A stretch of DNA of 64,000 bases from Acidiferrobacterales bacterium. GTDB lineage: Bacteria > Pseudomonadota > Gammaproteobacteria > Arenicellales > JAJDZL01. This document shows, piece by piece, positions 57,751 to 64,000 of the stretch (the stretch's first letter is position 1; each line of letters starts with the position of its first letter). Below the pieces are notes generated by a model. The model was not told the DNA's origin and did no database searches. It worked only from the letters and a program-made list of their open reading frames with translations. The position numbers and the translations under genes were made by a program. The DNA lies in contig JAPPIB010000008.1 in NCBI GenBank assembly GCA_028820695.1, forward strand, positions 1,395 to 65,394, written 5' to 3'.

Positions 57751-58941
57751 ATGGATAAAAGCCTTCGACCTTTCATAACCGGAGCATCCATGATTCCGTT
57801 TCGGCGCTATCGGGATGGCTCGACGTTTCGGGACTGGATTCGACTCGTCGGCCAAGACGCACTGAAACAGGCACAGCTCGAAAGGTCCCAGGTTGACTCG
57901 GTCATCGTAGCCAGTGAGAGCGACATGCTGTCCCTGCAAGTCAGTCCGGCGGCACTGGTCACGGATGAACTGGGACTGCTGGGGGCAGCCGCAGTTCATG
58001 TCGAGGCCGGTGGAGCGAGCGGTGCGGCCGCATTGCGCGAGGGATACATCCAGATCTGTTCAGGCCTTGCCGAAAATGTCCTGGTCATCGGTTACGATCA
58101 GACTGCAAGTCGACTGTCGCGAGCAGGCGTGCAAAGAGTCTACAGCCTTTCGTTTGATGCCGACATCGAAGGTTGGAGCGGAATCAGTACGGCAAATCTG
58201 TATGCCCTCTCGTTCAAGCTCTATTGCCGGGAACTCAACGCCAATTCACGACAGGCTGCGCTGGTGTCGGTAAAAAATCATGGGAACGCAATGTACAACC
58301 CGTTTGCACACAAACCTATGGACATCACAGTGGATGATGTTCTTCAATCCGATGTCATCAGCGACCCATATCGCCTTCTGGACTGTTCGGTGATCAGCGA
58401 TGGTGCGGCGGCAGTCGTCCTTTCAGCCGAAAATGGCGGTGCTGGCCGTCGGCATTCAATACGGATCACAGGGAGCGGTTGCAGTACCGATTCGGTACGA
58501 CTTGGGGATCGCAGTGCGGCACATATGTTTTCGGCGAAGTCACAAGCCGCTCGGCAGGCTTATTCACAAGCGGGGGTTACGGACCCTGGCAGGGAGATTG
58601 ATGTTGCTGAGGTGTATGACGCGTTCAGTGGCGCGGAACTTCAAGGCATCGAAGCGCTCGGACTGTGTCCGTCAGGTCGAGCGGGTCCGGAAATGGAAGC
58701 GGGAAGATTTTCTTCCGACGGAGCGTTGCCGGTTAACCTGTCAGGCGGCCTGATCGGACAGGGCGGAGCGCCCGGTGCGACCGGAATTGCTCAGGCGGTG
58801 AACGTCTATCGCTTGCTCTGCGGCACTTTTGAACCGCAACTTCAGCCCGCACGAAAACTTCGTCGAGGACTGACTGACGCTCATTCCGGTGTTTGTACAG
58901 TCGGCATTGTCCACGTGATCGAGTCAGTGCCGCCACAGTGA
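57751..58941 (+). CDS. thiolase-fold (SCP-x / archaeal-type thiolase-like) protein, apparently lacking the canonical catalytic Cys and His
   Basis: The 396-aa ORF has thiolase-like architecture overall. Where thiolases have ..CASG.. this protein has VEAGGASGAAAL. Where they have GHP.GATG it has GQGGAPGATG. Confidence 0.7.
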   Translation: MDKSLRPFITGASMIPFRRYRDGSTFRDWIRLVGQDALKQAQLERSQVDSVIVASESDMLSLQVSPAALVTDELGLLGAAAVHVEAGGASGAAALREGYIQICSGLAENVLVIGYDQTASRLSRAGVQRVYSLSFDADIEGWSGISTANLYALSFKLYCRELNANSRQAALVSVKNHGNAMYNPFAHKPMDITVDDVLQSDVISDPYRLLDCSVISDGAAAVVLSAENGGAGRRHSIRITGSGCSTDSVRLGDRSAAHMFSAKSQAARQAYSQAGVTDPGREIDVAEVYDAFSGAELQGIEALGLCPSGRAGPEMEAGRFSSDGALPVNLSGGLIGQGGAPGATGIAQAVNVYRLLCGTFEPQLQPARKLRRGLTDAHSGVCTVGIVHVIESVPPQ

Positions 58942-59317
58942 CCCGTCGGTGAAAGTTTTCGACCATTCACTGACTGAATCGTTGTTGCGACCAGGGTCCA
59001 GATTGCTGTCTTTCAAACTGGCAGGCGAAGTTCATTTGGTTCCCTCAGGCCGGTCAAATCCTTGACCCAGGAGTCTGTCACGATACTGTGTCCGGCAATG
59101 CGGTCCGAGTTGCGAGGTGGTCGATTTTCCGCATTGAAAATTGAGTTCAATCGGGTTTGCGAACAGTTAAAATATCGCGGAATTTTGCCCGCGGGGTCGT
59201 CGCTTGGATTCCACGGCAGGTGTAATTTGCGTGTCGCATCAACGTATGCCTCCGACTGAGTCTCCAAGGTCGGCTTCCGCTTATTGGTGCTGACAGTCAT
59301 TGGGAGGAATCACGCAC

Positions 59318-60537
59318 ATGAATGACAAACCAGCTCGCCAGCACGGTGCGATGGAGTTCACTCAGCCTCCGGTCGACCTCGACCGGGTTCGTCTTTATCG
59401 ACTCGACCGGGTTCGACAGCAGTTAAGGGATCGGGACCTGGCCGGCGCACTTTTGTTTGATCCGGTCAATATCCGCTATGCGACCGACACAACGAACATG
59501 CAGATATTCTGCTCGCGCTATGATGCACGCAGTGTCTTTGTGGCGACGGAGGGCCCCGTTGTCCTGTGGGACTTCGGGGATTGGCCTCATATAACACAAG
59601 AACTTCCAACAATCGATGATTACCGCGTGATGCCGCCATTTTTTTCTTTTGGGGTGGTGGAAGCTGCCATGACAATGCCCGTCAGTTCGCCCGCGAGGTG
59701 TTGGACGTCGTCGCATCGAGTGCCGGCGACAACCGCAGGATAGCCGTTGACCGCTGTGGCCTGACAGCATCGGGTGCATTGCAGCACGCGGGGCTGGAAA
59801 TGGTCGAAGGCCAGGGGCTGATGGAAGTTGCCCGGTCGGTGAAGTCAACCCAGGAGATCGCTCTTTTGCAACACTCCATCAATGTCGGTGAAATTGCGAT
59901 TGCGCAAATGCGCCGATTGATGGAACCGGGTATCACTGAAAACGCACTGTGGTCAAAACTGCACGAAACCAACATTGCCATGGGCGGCGAGTGGATCGAA
60001 ACCCGACTTCTGGCGTCTGGCGCTCGAACCAATCCGTGGTTCCATGAATGCTCCATGAAGCCGATCGAAAAAGGTGAGATGGTGTCTTTCGACACTGACA
60101 TGATCGGACCTTACGGTTACATCTGCGACATGTCGAGATCCTGGATTTGCGGCGAGGTCAGGCCGAAGCCGAATCAGGCGCGTCTGTACCAGCTTGCCAA
60201 CGAACAGATTCACTTCAACATTGATCTGTTGCGGCCTGGCTTGAGTTTCCATGAGTTCGCGCAGATGGCCTGGCCGCTTCCGGATGAGTTCAAGAGGCAT
60301 CGGTATGGCGTCACTGCTCATGGGGTAGGCCTTACCGATGAGTACCCGGCAATCAAGTACATCTTCGATTTCGATGAGCATGAGATTGATGGCATTTTTG
60401 AGGTTGGAATGGCCCTCAGTATCGAATCATTCATCGGCTCTGCTCATGGCGGAGAAGGCGTGAAACTCGAAGAGCAGGTCGTGATCACGGACACCGGATG
60501 CAGGAAACTGTCCTCATATCCAATTGAGGACTGGTGA
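59318..60537 (+). pseudogene. M24-family (creatinase/prolidase fold) protein, DddP-like DMSP-lyase candidate, interrupted by one frameshift
   Basis: There are two overlapping ORFs in different frames (59300..59743 and 59698..60537). The blocks LLFDPVNIRYATDTTNMQ and GGEWIETRLLASGARTNPWFHEC...SFDTDMIGPYGYICDMSRSW...HGVGL are as I recall them for DddP. The frame change falls in T7-C-T4-G4 at 59639..59654. GGGAGGA precedes the ATG at 59318. Confidence 0.65.
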
Positions 60538-60699
60538 TCCTTGCGACTCGATAATCTGTTGCGGTCATTCAGGCTCGGATTGCGCTGGAACATGACAGGC
60601 TGAACGTCTGCGACGGGCAATGCTCCGATGGCCACAAGATCCGACATGAGCTTGTAAATTCGGACGACTGCCGCAAGTTCAGGCAGATTTCCCTGATGT

Positions 60700-61482
60700 T
60701 CAGCCACCGATTGCCGAGTTCGCACCATATTGCCAGGCGCGCCACATCATGCTGATCCCCGACAGAATCAGCACACCCAGAACCAGGCGGTAGAATACAG
60801 TCTCCTCGACATGCTTTCTCACCGCGCGGCCCGCAGCGAGGCCAACAACCAATGGAATCACAGCCAGCGCAGACAAGATCGCGAGTTTTCGGTCCATCAC
60901 CCCGACGAAAATCAGCATGGCAACCCATGGCACCACTGCACCGATATACAAGAAACTGATCGTGTTGACGAAGCGGTTCTTCTCCAAAGTGGACAGGGAC
61001 ACCAGGTAGAGAATCAGCATCGGACCGAACAGGGACGACAGCCCTCCAACCACGCCTGCGGTGCCGCAGAATACCGCGCCGGCAGGTTTTTCCAGCCTTG
61101 CCGGTATCGTGATCTTGCGCGGTGATCCCTGCAAGATGGTAAAGGCGATCACCAGAATTCCAACCAGCAACAGCAGCGTTTTTTCATCAGTGCCGGAAAG
61201 TATCTTGACCCCCGCCCAGGTGCCGACAACCAGCGCGACAAACGCCGGCCAGAACCGTGTGACTGTTTCCACCGGCTTTTCGGCATCGTAAACCTGCCAC
61301 ACATTCGCAACAACGACCGGAAAGGCCATCATTACAATCGTGTGATGAACCGGCAGTACAAGTGCCATCATCGGAACCGTCAGAAGTGGGGTGCCGATGC
61401 CCAGAACACCCTTGATGAATCCCCCGCAAGCCATCGCGAATGCACACCACGCCACTACCCAGGGGGCCAATTCAAAAATCAT
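60700..61482 (-). CDS. TauE/SafE-family (DUF81) anion/sulfite exporter
   Basis: 260-aa protein with about 8 TM helices and typical internal duplication (GGFIKGVLGIGTPLL / GVVGGLSSLFGPML). Confidence 0.8.
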   Translation of the reverse strand: MIFELAPWVVAWCAFAMACGGFIKGVLGIGTPLLTVPMMALVLPVHHTIVMMAFPVVVANVWQVYDAEKPVETVTRFWPAFVALVVGTWAGVKILSGTDEKTLLLLVGILVIAFTILQGSPRKITIPARLEKPAGAVFCGTAGVVGGLSSLFGPMLILYLVSLSTLEKNRFVNTISFLYIGAVVPWVAMLIFVGVMDRKLAILSALAVIPLVVGLAAGRAVRKHVEETVFYRLVLGVLILSGISMMWRAWQYGANSAIGG

Positions 61483-61914
61483 GTTTGTTCGAATAAGTCA
61501 GTTTGACCAGTCGGTAAGAGCAGACTGTTATATCAATTGAACTGTCCAGTCGCATTGAAATATGAATGGCCGGCGCGGCTTGGCTGTACTCAGTGCGCAT
61601 GGTTGCAGCCACACGGCTCACCCAGCGCAAACTTGGTCGGTCAATTGAAGACTGTAGCGCCAGGACAGGTCGGTTTGCGCAGTCTCAACAGCAAGCCAAC
61701 CCCCAATTGCTGGAATCTGCTTTTCTTAATTGGTCTTTACTCACCAAAGTTAACGCGTGATTCGACCAACGAATTTGCTTGGCAGTCGCGTAAGGACTGC
61801 CAGCGTTCGGGCAGACGCGCGTCTGCATTGACTGAACAGCATGACAGGTATAGAATTGCGTGCAAATGTGTCCACTGTCCAATCGGTTTAGTCCTGGACG
61901 ACATACCCTCTGCG

Positions 61915-63066
61915 ATGAAACGAAGTCACTACAAAATTCAGTTGCCTGCGCTGATCCTCAAAATGTTTTGGGTAGGTATGATCGTTACGGTCGCAGTCAC
62001 TCACCCAATGGAATCAATTGGGCAGGACTCATCGCCGAAGCAGGATATTTGGACACTGAAAGAAGCTGCCAGAAACGGTTCGGCTGATGCACAACTCAAT
62101 CTCGGCATCCTATATCACTTGGGCAAGGGTGTTTCGTCTAATCACGCCGAAGCCATCAGCTGGTATCAACTGGCCGCCGAACAGGGATTAGCCCAGGCAC
62201 AGCTCAATCTCGGATTCCTGTATCGTAACGGTGAGGGCATTGAGCCGGATCATGCCGAAGCCGCCCACTGGTACCGGCTGGCCGCCGAACAGGGATTGGC
62301 CCAGGCACAGCTCAATCTTGGCATCCTGTATCGTAAGGGTGAGGGTGTTCCACAGGACGATACCGAGGCGGACAGATTGTATCGACTGGCCGCCGAACAG
62401 GGGTTGGCCCAGGCACAGTACTATCTCGGCCTCATGTATCACTTGGGCGAACGTGTTCCCATAGACCACTCAGAGGCGATCGCATGGTACCGGCTGGCCG
62501 CCGAACAGGGGGCAGCCGATGCACAGCTGAATCTTGGCTATTTGCTTCATCGAGGTAAGGACGTTCCGCTGGATCAAGCTGAAGCTGCGCGATGGTATCG
62601 ACTGGCTGCCGAACAGGGGTTGTCGCAGGCGCAGTTCAATCTCGGAACGCTGTATCGCAATGGCGACGGGTTGCGGCAAAGTCATTCTGAGGCGGCCAAG
62701 TGGTATGATTTAGCGGCTGAACAGGGTTCATCACAGGCACAACTCAATCTGGGGTTCCTATATCGCACAGGCAAGGGTGTCCGACAAGACTATGCTGAGG
62801 CAGCGAGATTGTATCGACTGGCCGCCGAACAGGGTTCAGGCGATGCGCAGCTAAGACTCGGGGAACTGTATCACTTTGGGAAAGGTGTTCCCCAAAGTGA
62901 TGTTGAAGCGTATGCCTGGATTGACATCGGAACCACGCAGACCGGCAGTGAGGAAGGAATCGAATTCCTGAAGACAGTGTCGGAATCCATGTCAAGTTCC
63001 GATCTGGAACATGCCAAAAGATTATCCAAGCAATACTGGGAAGCTTACGTAAGCGACGGCAATTGA
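61915..63066 (+). CDS. Sel1-like repeat (SLR/TPR-like) protein with an N-terminal membrane anchor or signal
   Basis: It has eight 36-aa repeats of consensus AEAxxWYRLAAEQGLAQAQLNLGxLYxxGxGV. The start was trimmed to the ATG at 61915 (MKRSHYKIQLPALILKMFWVGMIVTVAV...). Confidence 0.85.
   Translation: MKRSHYKIQLPALILKMFWVGMIVTVAVTHPMESIGQDSSPKQDIWTLKEAARNGSADAQLNLGILYHLGKGVSSNHAEAISWYQLAAEQGLAQAQLNLGFLYRNGEGIEPDHAEAAHWYRLAAEQGLAQAQLNLGILYRKGEGVPQDDTEADRLYRLAAEQGLAQAQYYLGLMYHLGERVPIDHSEAIAWYRLAAEQGAADAQLNLGYLLHRGKDVPLDQAEAARWYRLAAEQGLSQAQFNLGTLYRNGDGLRQSHSEAAKWYDLAAEQGSSQAQLNLGFLYRTGKGVRQDYAEAARLYRLAAEQGSGDAQLRLGELYHFGKGVPQSDVEAYAWIDIGTTQTGSEEGIEFLKTVSESMSSSDLEHAKRLSKQYWEAYVSDGN
62070..62935 (+). 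repeat. 108-nt periodic coding repeats (Sel1 units)
   Basis: GGCCGCCGAACAGGG(A/G)TT(A/G)GCCCAGGCACAGCTCAATCT recurs at about 108-nt spacing. The boundaries are approximate. Confidence 0.8.
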
Positions 63067-63219
63067 ATCCGATTGATTATCCAGTCTTTCGGCACCCGAT
63101 AAGTTCATGCTCTATAGAAACTGGAGAGTCAGTGTCTGCGATCACGGTGATGTGTTTTCAGTTTGAATCGGGGGCAATCGACCCGTGACCCCAACAGCTC
63201 AGATTAAACTGCGTCGGAC

Positions 63220-63837
63220 CTAAGCCACAACCACCGTGTAATTCGGTATGACTGTATCGGACTGTTCGGGCGATGCAGGATATCGCGCTGTAACCAACGC
63301 TCGCCGATCTTCTGGAATGCGCCGGTAAAGAAAATCAGATGCATTTCCCGCTTCACCCTCGACAAAAAACTGGGTGGTCACAGTGCGCGAGCCGGGTGGT
63401 GTTATCTTTGCGTGAATATGGGGTGTTCGGCCGCTGTATCTGACCGGTCGAATGGTGCGAAAGCGAAACTCTCCTCGCGCCGAGGTTCCTGTCGCGCCGT
63501 ATCCCTGAAATTCCGGTTCCGAAACATCACCCCTGTCCGCGGGATGTTTATAGGCGCCAAAGGCATCGCACTGCCAGATTTCCACCTTGGCGCCGGATAT
63601 GGGCTCACCGTTAACGTTCACTACCTGACCGGTCAGATGAACAATGGTTCCCGTCGCGGGTCGAGACTTCCCATCAACCCAGATCAGGTCGGCATCTGAG
63701 TCAACAGGAAAATTGACAGGATAGAACGGCCCTTCCGACTGCCGCGGAGTCAATTTCATTACCGCCATCGCTGCCGATGCCGGAGTCAACAGGATGAGCC
63801 CCGCCGCCTTGATCCATGTTCTGCGTGCAAAAGGCAT
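63220..63837 (-). CDS. intradiol ring-cleavage dioxygenase family protein (protocatechuate 3,4-dioxygenase beta-like) with a Tat-type signal
   Basis: MPFARRTWIKAAGLILLTPASAAMA (twin-Arg), SEGPFYP, VEIWQCDAFGAYKH and GRTPHIHAKI. The start was trimmed from the track ORF (63933). Confidence 0.8.
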   Translation of the reverse strand: MPFARRTWIKAAGLILLTPASAAMAVMKLTPRQSEGPFYPVNFPVDSDADLIWVDGKSRPATGTIVHLTGQVVNVNGEPISGAKVEIWQCDAFGAYKHPADRGDVSEPEFQGYGATGTSARGEFRFRTIRPVRYSGRTPHIHAKITPPGSRTVTTQFFVEGEAGNASDFLYRRIPEDRRALVTARYPASPEQSDTVIPNYTVVVA

Positions 63838-64000
63838 GGTTTTAGGATGCGACAATTGGAATTGAATGCTTGGGTCGAATCTGAAAAGCCACTTTTTTGC
63901 CAATAGTGACTCGAATATTGGTAGTGTAACCATCCCGACTCCGGATGTCTACTGAATTCACAGGTGGAGGCTGTCGCAAAATCACAGCCAGGGAGATATC

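Noticed and set aside
59013-59300. 95-aa minus-strand ORF divergent from the DddP-like gene.
   Set aside because: It has no recognisable family, and its start overlaps the DddP-like RBS. It is kept out of the feature list for lack of support.
62070-62935. Regularly spaced repeats as a possible CRISPR array.
   Set aside because: The period is 108 nt with no unique spacers. The repeats are in-frame Sel1 units of a single long ORF.

Overview
This 64-kb chromosomal window is probably from a marine gammaproteobacterium: it encodes ZapG/YhcB and DUF1820, many TRAP and solute-binding proteins, and C1/organosulfur catabolic genes. I recognised no rRNA, tRNA or CRISPR array by eye.

Content falls into three groups.

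(1) Conserved housekeeping blocks, all on the minus strand except rpsT:
- ribF-ileS-lspA
- murJ, with divergent rpsT
- rplU-rpmA-obgE-proB
- rpsU

(2) Catabolic and transport genes:
- a non-pyrrolysine MttB-family methyltransferase divergent from an StcD/DgcA-like flavoprotein plus a DAO-type oxidoreductase
- an mtoX-SCO1-mauG methanethiol-oxidase-type cluster
- a TAXI-TRAP system followed by a D-cysteine-desulfhydrase/ACC-deaminase/CuyA-family PLP enzyme
- a DctPQM-type TRAP system
- acetoacetyl-CoA synthetase with an Lrp-type regulator
- a molybdopterin oxidoreductase and an enolase-superfamily enzyme
- a frameshifted DddP-like M24 protein and a TauE-family exporter

(3) Several small islets that look lower in GC than their surroundings and carry addiction or defence-type genes:
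- two intact hipBA modules, each bracketed by imperfect direct repeats of flanking host sequence
- a HipA C-terminal fragment
- a decayed VapC-like gene
- an XPB-N-terminal-like fragment
- an AAA-ATPase stub splitting ribF from ileS
- a possible IS1595-type transposase remnant
- an AT-rich two-gene orphan cassette

I did not find a clear-cut complete novel multi-gene system. The most unusual signals are:
- the repeat-bracketed, integrase-less hipBA islets
- a thiolase-fold protein that appears to lack the hallmark catalytic Cys and His, preceded by abutting small ORFs
- the corrinoid-less MttB/StcD-like cluster
- the frameshifted DddP-like gene

All functional calls rest on motif and family recognition by eye, not on database searches.
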